A DNA stretch of 64,000 bases from Phoronis australis (lineage: Eukaryota; Animalia; Phoronida), in the NCBI GenBank assembly GCA_002633005.1, contig NMRA01000109.1, positions 780,624-844,623 of the forward strand. Direction: 5' to 3'. The first letter of the stretch is position 1; every line of letters begins with the position of its first letter. Positions 1-13,400 of this stretch are shown here, in pieces. The notes under the pieces were generated by a model. That model did not search any database. It had not been told where the DNA came from and saw only the letters and a program-made list of their open reading frames with translations. A program made the position numbers and the translations under genes.

Positions 1-1192
1 GGTGAATGGTAAAGTTAAATATTTTATCCAATTTTGTGTTTTATTTGGAGAAAATGCTCATTTTGGTCTCCCCTTTTCTGTGTCAGCTCAATGGATGAGG
101 TAAGCATTGATCACTAGCTGTGTGAGCTTGCTCTTGGTGTCGTTTTTTTCTCTTATTTTTGTTGGTTTGTCTTTGTTTGCTTCTATTTTTGGAATTTATT
201 TGATTGACGTCTCTCATCGAAAAGACAAGTTTTGCATATAGTTATTCAGCTTTTCATAACTAGTTATTTGCATTAGTTATACATTTTTCATGATGCCCAA
301 GCGGTGCCATCTTTGAAAAACATTTGTCTGATTCATGTTCAGGGGAGAAACCTTTGCTTTGGTTTTTCAGTACCATGAGTTAGTGTTTCTAGTTACACAT
401 AATGAAGTCATGGACTGAGTGGAGTTGATTCATTGCTTTGACGGAAACTTGATTTATATCAGTTTGATCTAGTTAGTGCTGTGCCGGACTTAAAGGGAAA
501 GAGCGACCATTTTTGATGTAACCTTTAGTAAAAGTACAGATCCCTGGTTATGTTGTAGAGACTTTTGTGTCCGTTATTGTTCCGTTGGAACAATAGAAGG
601 TGACGTGAACAGACCGGCGAAGGGCTGTTTTCTTGGTTCTACATTCACTTCCATTTTGGGAAAGGATAACGTGCATATCTGGGAGTAGGGCATTTTGTTT
701 CCACTATGTACATGAACGCAGAACCAAGATGCAGGCCCTTTGTCACACCGCTGATGTCACTTTGTAGCTTTTCATAGGTATCACATACTCACTAAAGGAA
801 CAGTAAATAACACTGAAAATTGTTTTTCCAACATAACTAAGGATTAGTGTTCTTACTACTAAACACACTATCAAAAACAATTGTTTGCCCTTAAAAGCAT
901 GTGTATTTTCCGTCCAATGTGTATACGGGCAAATTGAAGCAAACGCCATCAGACTTGAAGAAAGCAGTCACCAGGCCAAAAGCTGATTATTTTCAAAAGA
1001 TGTTTCATAGTAGAGCTAACTAATTTATTTACCTTATACATTTACTGGTGTCACTGCCAAAAAGAGGTCTTTAAGTATGGTGGTGGGTGTGTCTTTGTTT
1101 CACAAACCCTGGCAAACTCTGTTGACAGTTGTGTAACATACTCACTCTTCCAGTCAAGATATTATGCTAACCTTTACTTTCTCCATTTTCAG

Positions 1193-1402
1193 CCGGACTG
1201 GATTACAGCGCCATCAACAAGATGGTGGAGTTTAACCCGTGGGAGAATATGAAGACGGTACGCATCACCATCCTGGATGACCTCGGACAACCCCGCGTTG
1301 AGGGCGAGGAGTTATTCCAACTGGTGCTACGCATGCCCAGCAAGGGAATTATGGGAGAACCCAGCAAGGCTGTTGTTACCATCAACGATACCATGAGTGA
1401 CT
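1193..1402 (+). CDS. FREM2: FREM2-like exon, Calx-beta
   Basis: ttttcag|CC...GACT|gtatgt; [29 protein letters not shown]...[10 protein letters not shown]. Confidence 0.9.
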
Positions 1403-4400
1403 GTATGTTGTCTGGGAGTTTTATGTATTTTGATTCATTATAAAACACGATTGTGAACGCAGTAGATTACTTCAGTGTATGCTCTAGTCATAACATTGAC
1501 CTGCATGGCTGCTTAATTGCATAAAATCATTGACACCATATGTTTTTGTTGAAGGGTCCTGCGATTCTCACTTTCTTTTTCATAAGGGTCATATAAAAAG
1601 GATTAAGGAAATTTGTACCCTTAAAGTAAGTGAATCTCATTGTATTTCACTGAGATACCACTAAGAATGTAACTAATTAATGTGCCTTTCCAACTATTTT
1701 GAAAAAAAATTCACTATAGTGAGAATACAATCATATTCCAGTGAGAATGCTGTGAGAATCCAGTTTGCATAGCATTAGTTCCCACTGCGCAAGAATCTGT
1801 CTTTGCGCATGGCTATTCTTCCTGAAAATCACATTCAGTGAGCTTATCACTGAGTGAGATATGTGAACTTTTTTCTTTGTGCATTTAGCCAATGAAATCA
1901 GTTGAGTGTTCAATGTGTAACATCATCTTTGTCTATGAGAAAATTAGGTTTTGTGCAACACAGTCCTATAATGCTTTGAGTCAACTATAATTATACTGCA
2001 CTGTAACCATGCTCTGTTAAAAATGAAGTTTCATTTACACTTAAGTGCATTAAACGGAACGTGGCTGAGAGAAAATTTGCTGCCTAAATACTCTTTCTGT
2101 TTTTCATAGATGATCTTTAATACTACAAGCATTACAAGCACCTGGCTGCTTATGGTATTTATGGTGATGTGCAAAACTAAGTGAGAAATAATTATACAAA
2201 TATCTGTTGGGGCAGTAATATACTCAGACTTATACGCATTAGGTCACGTGATGTGGCTAACTGACCAGACTTAAAAATATTTTTAAAATATTATTAACAT
2301 TTTGCGGAGAGTTAAAAGGGAATGCCATGACAGTAAAAATAAAAATAAACAAATCAACTAAATATGTGACACCCAGGCAGTATTTCATTTCTGAAGTGAC
2401 CTTTATACATACTCACTAGCTGTTCATTTTTATTTCTAAGTTCTTCATGGATGTGTGATTCAAAAATTTAATGTCAGTTACCTACAGCTGCTATGAACCT
2501 GCATTCGTTTGATTTAGATCACTAACCAATGCAAGACTGATCTCAAGTTGTTCCTAATCCAGATGAGATGTGGTTTCTGTGGTTGGAAAGAACTGATAAT
2601 TCATTATTGTTTGGGACTTCGCTCAGTGCATAAAATGACAAGCCACCTTATAGAATCTGGTCAGAAGCGTTAATTAACCACAACTTCTTTCCAAGCCCAA
2701 AATCACCTATAATTTGACTAAGTAGCAATGTGAGGGGTCTTAATCAAAGGATAGCTTTTTATGCTGGAAGCTGAGTTTATAGCCACTTTAGTGTCTTGAT
2801 TCCTAAACACGTTTATGTTGAATGAAACATAAGCTCAATGGCCACGTATGCATAATTTCAGTGCCCACATTTGAGTTCAAGGAGGCACTCTACACGGTTA
2901 ATGAGAATGATGGTAGGGTCATCACCACTATCATTCGTCGTGGTGACATAAGTCATGCTGCCAAGGTGCGCTGCTTCACACGTCAGGGAACGGCGCAGGT
3001 GATGATGGATTATGATGAGAGAATGGACACGGATGAGTCATATATTGAATTCCAACCAGGTGAGTGACTGTTGGGGAAAATAGCCTTAATCGCTTGGATA
3101 CTCAACACTCACTTAGTGGTGCTGATGAAGAAAATTATTTGCTCTTTTTATCATCTGAATATGTTGAGAACGGAATGTATTTCATCGGCGTTAAGCATTT
3201 TGTTGATAGCCATGAGTACCAGGTCACTACCTGGTTCCAGGGGTTTCTATGTGTAGGACTTGCTGCACTTGCATCACCCAGTGAATTTCAAGTTCGTCAT
3301 TAGACAATTGCTTTTCTGTCTGATATTGTGATGACCTGCTGAAATAAGCCATGTAGCAATAGAGCTGAATCAACATTCAATGCCACTAACAGTTCTTAGT
3401 TGGATGTCACTTTAAAGCACTAATGTGTTTCACTCTTGAAATTTTCGATCAACAGACTGTCAAATTATCACTTTTTTGTGGATGATATTTAAAAACTCTT
3501 GCCTATCCTAGCATTAGAATATCCATGAAGTTGAACCCTGTCTGTTTGGTCACACAGAATTGAAATTTGAGTCACTCAGAAGTTACGTTTGCTCCTTAAC
3601 TGCAGCAAAGAGCTCCGTATTTGGAATATACCTGTTTCTAACCCACATTGACCATTTTGCAGGCGAGGTCCAGAAGCAGTGCATAGCGTTGTTGATGGAC
3701 GATGAGATCTATGAACCTGAGGAGCAGTTCCGATTGGTCCTTGGCCAGCCAACCAGTGAGCTGCCTGGTGGGGGCAAGTTGGGAAGGCAGAACTACACAG
3801 TGATCAAAGTCAAAGATGATGGCGACAGTGAGTGTTTAAGTGACAGATGGAGAATTAGTAGGGTATCTCTTATTGTTGCTGTTTTAAGCAGCTTTCAACT
3901 GGCCTATCACACAAACCAATTTTTGGTTTAGACTATGTATTGTTATGAACTCTGGTGGTCTCTCATGTTGTTCCTTAGTCAAAGCTGTATTCCAAGAGAT
4001 AGTTTTCATGTATTCTGCTTCATACTACTTAAAAGAGATCTAAAACGTCTTTTATAGAAAAAGCTTGTGTAATTTTAAGTTTGGCCTTAATTCTCAAAGA
4101 ACAGACTATATATTTGAATTTGTTGTAGAATACAATGTTGCGCTTGAAATTCCAAGTGGCAAGAATTGTATGATGACACTTGGCTTGTCACCTCACAATC
4201 CTGCTGCTGCCTTGTGGTTTGGTAATTGGCCTAATTGTATTGCACACGGCAGAATTAATGAGGAAAATGACAATATTGAACAAACGCTTGAGGTTGTAAG
4301 TCCCATTTCTTGTCCGATTTTCAAAATTCAAAAACACAATCATGTGTACTTTTCACGCACTATTCAAATAGGCTCTTTACAAAGTTTCAAAACGGAAATT

Positions 4401-7400
4401 TAAAAATACTGTTGTCACCCCTAATGTGTTTATGATGGATCTGATTATCTAGAGAAAGAGGCACTGTAATTAACTACAACAGCATGGTGTCTTTGGTCAA
4501 TGCCAGCAGACTTCGAGGTACGCAAACCAGTCGAGTTGCACAATCTCTACCAGTGAGGGTGTCAACTTAGTGTTCTTTACATGATATTCCAAAGTACCCA
4601 AAGTACAATTAATGACTCCGTGCATAAACCTTATCATTGCTTTCATCTTCAGAGCCAGTCATCAAGTTCCTTCAGACAAGATTCACCATTAGAGAACCTC
4701 AAGTGCCTGGAGATATTGCCGTGGTTACCATACCAGTTGTGCGGGAGGGTGACCTGTCGCAGACGTCGATTGTGAGGGTGCACACAAAAGACGGATCTGC
4801 CAAAGCAGGGACTGATTACATGGGATTCTCTCGAGGTATGACTCTTCAACAGCAATGCCTTTCAACAAATATTATTGTTTTATTGTTGTTATTAATATCA
4901 GTTTATGATTTTTTTTACAAAATAGAGTCTTGACACTTGATTTTCTTGTGCTTTATTTCCATGAAGTGGAAAATTTTAAATAGTTTCTATAAACCGCATA
5001 CAACTAAAAATGTCATTAGATACAAAATTGACATCTGGTTTTTAAACTGGGAACGCTTCATTCTGACTTCTTTATTTGATAACATATATATTTACAATGC
5101 ATGCATTCAAATGTTACACAATGTAGAGAGGCATATTGAATAAATATATAATTTAGGTTATATTAACACAAGTAAGAATAAATATAAAAATGTGCAACTT
5201 ATTGGTATAGCATCAAAAAGTAATGAAACTTATTTCTGTGATTGCCCATTGTTTTCGTTATGGACAACAATTTTTTTTACTTGGCAGAGCTTGAGTTCAG
5301 CGCAAACATATCACGTATTGACGTCCAAGTGGAGGTGATGTATGACAAAGAGCGAGAACTGAGGGAGGTACTCACAGTGCACCTGAGGAATGACAAGAAC
5401 CTGATCGCTGATATCAAGGTAAGCAAACTGAGGGAGGTACTCACAGTACACACGATGAATGACAAGAACCTGACACCTAGTGCCAAGTATGCTCATTTTA
5501 CAACAGACAGTCGTATTCAACCCCCGTGTCTATACATTCCATCTCTATAATCTCATTAAGGTAGAAGAAATGCCTCATGAAAGCTAAGGTATTGGGACTT
5601 GTTCGCTGTGTTGACATGAAATTGACGTAACAAATCCCCACTCATTTCTCTTGTAACTTATTACACTTAGGTCTGAGTACCTTAAATTCTGTTGAAATGA
5701 AGTTGGTCGCTGTTTACTGAATGCTATATTTTGGATACTTCAACAGAACAAGAAAGCTACAGTGTACATTGAAGAGGTGAATAAGCTTGCAGATGTGACT
5801 TTCCCATCTACTCCCATGGTGGTCTCTCTCAAGGATTACGACAGTGTGAAGACGGCTGGTCGGCCAGTGCCTGGCTACCCTGTCATTTGTATCACGGTTA
5901 GTACATCTCATACATCTTGCGAAATCTACCAGATTGACCTGCTTACACAAATTGAGTCTTTTTTAATAGTTTATAGTAATGTCATACACATGAAGGAGAG
6001 TATGATTTTTTGACACATTCACACGCACATGCACACAAGCATATTTTGAGACCAGATACTAAATGTTACATTAGCTAATAGTCAACGAAACCAAAGAAAC
6101 AGAGGGTCATCTACTAAATTAGACATATTCACGGTTTCTGGCATAAATGGTCAGACACAATTCCTTTCTAAAACGTTCAATTGAAGGAGTAATATTTCTA
6201 AGCCTGCGGTGGCAAATGCGATACTTTCCCAAATGAGCAAATTAATTACATCCTATTCATGTCGTTTACCAAAGAAAACATTGTCGACAAGAAAATAAAT
6301 ACTTTTAGGGTTTTTTGAAAATAACCGTGGAAACTTATACCTAATAAATAATTCTTGTTTACTGGGGGGTGGGGGTAGAGACAACTGACCTTAATAATCT
6401 ATTTCCATTAGAATAATGTTTACTTTTGATTGCTTTGGACAGAAACTATACAGAATGTACTTGTCTTGTTCTGTTATAAATGTGATAAAAATGAACATTG
6501 TACCTAAATTTGTTATTCAGGCTTGTGACCCACGTTATCCTGACTTTGCCAAAACTGGTCCTATATGCGCTGCCGAGGGCATCAATGACACGATGACACG
6601 GTTCAGATGGAGGTTGTCGGCACCGACAGGAACAGACGGTGTGACTAGCGGCATGCGTGATGTGGCGTTCACTACATTCTTCACCAGCCCCTACAAGATT
6701 ACACTTGATAGTATCTACTTTGGAGCAGGTATAGTGATGTTTGGAGTATTAAAATGAGGACCGGGGATTGTTGCGCACTTGACTGTACGAGCTTTGGATG
6801 AAGACTTACTGATTTGAGAGAGAAGGGGCCTTGGGGGTGGGAGAGTTTATATCTCTGCTTGAATATTCAGTGTCACTGTTGTTCATTGTGCTGGTCACAA
6901 ATTTATTCTTTCTGTCAAAAAAGGTACTTGTAAACTAGTGTAAGCAGCCGGGTTTACCTGAGCGCATATTCTAGTAATAGATACATTCTTTTATGAAAAC
7001 ACCCAAACTCAGCTTAATGCCTGCTTGATTTGTATGTATCTTAATTTATCTAGATACCTTGGACATTATCCGGTATGAATATGATATATCTTAGTTTGAG
7101 TTTATCATTAAGGATGTTGTTGCGGCTCTCCATAGGTAGCCGAGTGCAGTGTGCGGCACGTGCTGTTAATGCCAACGGGGACATTGGTCTGGAGACGTCC
7201 AGTAACATTGTGAGTGTGGCTACTGACCAAGGCATATGTGAGCCGCGTGTCAGTGGGTCAGTCGGTGCAGAGCCGTTCACTTCAAAGGTTAAGTACACAG
7301 GTGAGTTGATGATGGGTGACTGGTGGTGCTAGAAAGGTTCTGTGCAATGTGAAAGTTTCAAGTGCTTCATAATACCTTTCTAGTCTTTATCAGACAGAAG

Positions 7401-10400
7401 GCCAAAATAATTGGTGTTTTATGTTTTTAATATACATGTGACAAATATTAGCATCTGTTGTTTAGTTGACTAATCAGATGCATCCAAGTGAAAATCCATA
7501 ACTTCATTATGGCATAAGTTAAGTGATTGGAGTTTAGATTCTCTATCAAGTGACGAAGTTACAGGTAATACAGGAAATTGTCACACTTTATAAACAGTGC
7601 AAATGATGTGCAGGCATATGTGATGAATTCATATTTTATGCCGTGAAATAATGTACAATTGACTGTTTTCAGGCCCTGATGACCCAGACCACCCCAACAT
7701 GGTGCAAGTGTCAGTGACCATCCCTCACCGTGACGGCATGTTGCCTATTATCTCAACACGTCAACTGTCTAACTTTGAGATTATCCTCAGTCCTGACGGT
7801 CTGCGTCTAGGCCAGCACAAATGCTCCAATCTGCTAGACTACGAGGAGACTACGACAAGGGCTGGGTTCATCACCTCAGACATTAGGAATGCAGGGGTGG
7901 TTGGTGAGGTCGAACCTTATCAGTACAACAGCAATCTGAGGTCAGAGAAAGCTCTGCGGTTTTACAGGTAAGTGCAGTTTTTGTTGTTGTTATAGATCAC
8001 TTGTCCTATTTGTTGATCTTACGTAAGCCTTTGATTCAGTGTGCCAATAATGTGATTGCAACGCCATCATTAAATAATTTTGATTTTTATTTTCTCAGTT
8101 GTCTTGTGTTACTATGTACAAAAGCAATGCATTATAGTTAGTTGCAAGAAATATTATATGGAATATAAAGTGTGTCATGGTAAGAACCATGAGAAAATAG
8201 TCAGCAATAATATGACAACCATTAATAAAAATGGTTTTTGCTTGTACTCTTTGGGCCATTATAGCAAGGTAGTTGAATGAACATTGTACTGAATTTAGTA
8301 AAAGAATCTATTTATATTGAATGTACTTACAGGAACCTGGACATGGAAGCTTGTCTATGGAACTTTGTGTCCTATTATGACATGTCAGAGTTGATAACGG
8401 ATTGTGGTGGCAGTATAGATACTGACGGACAGGTAAGAGGGTTAGCTATTATTCACCTGGGCTGGTTGATATAAGGGTCTTTCCCATACAGTTAACTTCA
8501 CTAGTATCAAAGCTTCGAATTTAACTGTGTTTAACCGTTAAGTTAAGCGTTAGTGTTCCCATCAACTTTGGAGTTATAATTCAGCAAATTTATCGCAAGA
8601 TGGCGCTAACATGACTTTGGTCATAGGGTTTCGATGTTTTTGACAGTGCTTGCCATCAAAAATGGCAAAGACCTCTCCCTATCTCCAGATGGAAATTAGA
8701 ATGTCACAAGGCAGCTGGCAGTTACCATGTTGGGGCGATGACGATGTGCTACAAAGCGACCTATTAAATAATTTCACTCTTACACAGGCTAACAGCTGAT
8801 CCAAACAAAGGCGATATGGCTTAGCGGGAACTTCAAGGATTTTTTAATGCATAGAATCCAGCAGATGTGTGGATAAATTGAAACAGAATGCTTATACCGC
8901 CAAAATAATAATTAGAACAAAATATTAACAAATTTAACCAGTCACCGCCCGCTCTTGGCAAATGCAGGCACTGTGACCCCTGCTGATAACTCCGATGGCA
9001 TGAATGTTAAGTGTTCTCATTGTAGCAAAGCATCGACGCTTCACTGTTAAATCCATCTCTACTTCGGAGTTAATTTGCCCTGTGAAATTCGATTCAAGAC
9101 CGAAGCTAAGTGTTCCCATTGAGTGAAGCTTCAGCAGCACTGAAGCTTCGGAGGCAGTGGGAAAGGCTTCTTAGTCATCATAATGTTGTTGCTATTATGT
9201 ATATTAAAGATAAATTTATACTGTATACGATAGTTTGAAAGTCATCTAATAGATAAGGGAGTATTATGAAGCTGCACTGATATTAGTAACAATATTTATG
9301 TAAGTAGTAAGGATAATTGGTTAGGGTAGGTTAATTATAATGATCCATACTAATCCAAACTTCGGTATAAACATGAGGAAACTTTTTGTTTGAAAGCTTG
9401 ATACAGAGTCACTCGTAGTGTAAAAACACTCTCCTTTCTTCAGCTATGTAGCAAAACATCGAGAGACATAACAAATTAAAACACTAGCTATAATTCAAGA
9501 CAGCATATATAGTTACTACAGCTAGTGTTTTAATTTGTGTTTTGTTTAGTTGTATATTCAAGTAAGTTTGTGTTAACAAATGCTGCTACAGAACTATACT
9601 GATTCATACTATTCACACTCCATTTAAAGTCTATCCTGCATGCCACTTCACTTGACTGTACTTACCTTGACTGTACTTACCTTGATTATCCACTCTTCAG
9701 GTGCGTGATGTGACACAGTCATACGTCTCTGTGACCGTGCCCCTCTATGTTTCCTATGTGTTTCACTCGCCTGTCGCCCTTGGCGGCTGGCAGAACAATG
9801 ACCTCAGCACTCAGCTTAAGCTGCAGTTTGTCTACGACACTGCCATCTTGTGGCAGGATGGGATAGGTGCTGAGGATCAAAGCAGCGATGACGAGAACTC
9901 AGGACTTCAAGGTGAGCAGTTGTGCATTGAATCAGTTAAAGTAAAAATAAATGTGTGTAGTATAATTTTGACGTCTATTTTTGATGCATGAGTTCAGTAA
10001 CAGAGTTCACAATTTGATTGAGGAAATCACATGACTAAATTACCTGCAGTATGCAGGACTGGCTAACTGAATTGGTTTAGTAAAAAATTAATATAAGATT
10101 CTAGGCATCAGTAATGTATTTTTTTTGTCCTTACTAGCCGTGGAAGAGCCTCAGCAATTAAGGCTCTGAACTTGACTCCAGTTACAGTAAAGTTAAAATC
10201 AAAGTCAGTAATAAACTATCATTAATAAAATCTTGTCTAACCATTACTTTGGGTCATTTCATGAAAGCTCACTCTGAAGGTTTTTGGTGTCATTGTTAGA
10301 CTGCCATCTACAGCAATATTCTTTCATTCTTTGCAGGTTACTTATACCCAACAAGTATGAGAATTAATTCTGAAGGACGCCTGGTGGTTAACTTCAGAAC

Positions 10401-13400
10401 TGAGGCACGATTTAGAGGGCTATTTGTGCCGACGCACCCTGGTAAGTTCTGGGAGACTGTACCAAATGTGTTTTGCTTTCATAATCTGTCACAGAGATCA
10501 ACGGTTTTATCTTAAGTCATGGTATAGTCACAATTTTTTACTGTACAGTAGAGGTCGGCAGGTATTACTATTATCATGATACTCTTGTCGTGTGGTTCAC
10601 ACTGTTATTGCAGCAACAGTAATCAGATTCTATGTTCCACAACAACAGCAAAACTTCTGAAGTTTGTTTATGACTTTAAAAGATGCTAAATCGTTTTCCG
10701 CAGTAGTTTTTCATCTTAAAGCATTTCATTTCATTTTCTTATCAATAACTAAGTTTTACAGATGCATTTTTGACTTGCATGCGTTTTCTTAATATATCCT
10801 TGGAAGACCAAATATCTCTTGCTTTTTGTAAACAAATTTGCAACTGTTTCTTTTTTCAGGAACCTCAGTGAGGTCTGTGGTAACCTCAGAGAACCGCCCC
10901 CAGTTGACCTTCACCTTGGAGTTGTTGCGTAGTGAACCAACATATGCTCAACCTGAGCAGTCGTGGGAGTTTACGTCAGACTTGGCGGTAAGCAAACTAG
11001 ACAAGAAAGAAAATCATTAATTTATGAAAGAAAGTTCATGGTTCTGGAACATTTGTTTTGGCAGTGAGATTCGCAGTGTTTGTCTAGTTTATTTTTGTGG
11101 GTTTGATGAATTTGTTTCATGATCATAATTTACCAATTAAAAGCTGAATAAAATGATACCCTAAAAATATAAAAAACATGTGATTAATGTTGTCAATGGT
11201 ACCTGCTTGTTAAGTGTTTTTTCCAACAAAAATGAGTTTACTAATTAAAACAACCTCAAGAAAAAATACACGTGTTTGAGGTTTATAGCCTTTAAGTTTA
11301 AAGCAAGTTTATAATAACAGGTTTGAGACAGTTAACATGCCACGCGCATTCACCACATGGTGCTGCCTTGGAAATTCTCCTCATTTCAAAATTTGCAGTA
11401 TATATTGCTTCTAACCTTGCAACACAAAATCCAAACACCAGATCTCTCCATTTCATGTAGATGATTGTCTCCACACAACAGCCGCATTAGTTGTGAGCCC
11501 GGGATATTCACACGTTGTCTTTGATTGCAGATTTGTCACATAATGTCTTACACTGATTGGTCATTGATTGCAGATTTGTCATATAATGTCTTACACTGAT
11601 TGGTCATTGATTGCAGATTTGTCACATAATGTCTTACACTGATTGGTCATTGGCTAGTGATCAGTTAGATGCACATCCACACTGATTTCAGTCTTTATTG
11701 TTAGTCTGTCTTTCCAGGTGCGTGATTACTCTGGCATGTACAAGATTTCGCTCATTCCATGCACCGTGCCTCTGGATCAGTCCTACTCACTGCCTGTCAC
11801 GTGTAACCCACGCGAACTTATGAACTTTGACCTACAAATCCGCTTCCAACAAGTCAGCGACCCGGTCGCTGCAGAGTACAGCCTGAACACGCAGTTCTAT
11901 CTGATTCGACAGCGCGGTCTGTGGTTATCAGATGGCTCAAATGGATTGGACCAATCAGATTCATCGTTTGGACCTGACGACCAACTTTACGGACGCATCA
12001 TGGTGAACCCAGTGCAGAGTCTTGGAGGCGGCTTCCAGCTGAACATTGAGAAAGTGTTCCTCTGCACTGGAAAAGACGGTTACGTTCCCAAGTACGATCC
12101 ATCCAATCAGGAGTTTGGTTGCTTGGCAGAGTCCCCCAAACTTTTGCACACATTCAAAGTACTGGTAGGTAATCTCCATTTTGAACATTTTTCTTTGCCC
12201 AGGCCTTCTTTCTGTAAATTATCCTTAAATTCTCTCTTTAGATAAGGTTACTCAACTGATGTAAGTTTCATTACTAATTAATTCCCGTTAAATTCTTCAT
12301 CATGTTTGCAATATCTGGACTGATAGCAAAATGTCTGTGTATTGTATTAGATTTGGTTTCGTATTGTGTTACTAAACTCCCAGTGGTTTAGTGGTATATC
12401 GGTATGCCTTTTGCAAAGTTATCATTAGTCAATCACTGTGTGGCGAGACAGTCTCGTCTACAAGTGGACTCACCTAGAACTGTTGACAACATGTCATGGA
12501 AATTGGCAGCATTTTGTCAGTCCACTCAAATAGTTAGGCAAAAGAACAAGTTAAGTGACCGGGAAGCAAAGAGAGCTGTCAAAGCAGAAGTGGTCGCTAA
12601 CTGGCACTGTTTTGATGCCTAAAATTACAAGATAATGTCATGCTTTTTTCATCTGAAAATACCGCATCTTGTTATACATGGAGATAATCTGACCAGATGT
12701 AAGTAAGATATAGATGCCATTGTTGGCTTACAAGGTATGTTCTGGTAAAACTCAGTGGTGGCATGTGGCTCCCTCTTTTGGTTTGTCTTGAGGTCTGCCT
12801 CAGTGCCCAAAACTTACCAAATTTAACTCGAGAATCAAAACACAAATTGACTAATCATGTGGAAATTCTGGTTTTCTCATAGCATGCCATGTTTATTTTT
12901 AGTCTAATTTTGAATGAAAATCGATGGCCCTGGGCTTTGACCTTGACCGTCTGTAATTCACTGTCACTATTGTTTATCAGGACCGACGGGCCCCTAGTAC
13001 TGTTACGGTCAACTTCAGAGATGTGCCATTCAATGCAAAGTTAGCGGTTGATGAGCCCGCTGCACAGGATCTCCTTAGCCAAGCAGGAAATGATGGTTTC
13101 ATGCTGGATACCAAACCCATGTTTCAGGTATGTGAAATACAAAAGTTTCTATGTTTATTTATTGCTTTTCATTTTCACATAGAACAAGCAAATTTGCTAG
13201 TTAGACAATGATGTGAACAAGTTCTTTTTTATATTTACATGTGGGTGCATATTGTTATATTAGGCAAAAAGTGAAGGAAATAGGGACTGATGTGGTCACA
13301 TAAGAAATCGCGTAATACAATATTTTAAAAGTTTATCAGTTTAAACAATGCAAAAAATGTTAGGCAGACAAAAAAAATTGAAAGAATTTTGAAATCGTGG

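Noticed and set aside
11521-11649. Regular repeats resembling a CRISPR array
   Set aside because: Head-to-tail 43-bp units with no unique spacers, inside a eukaryotic intron and with no cas genes; an ordinary minisatellite.
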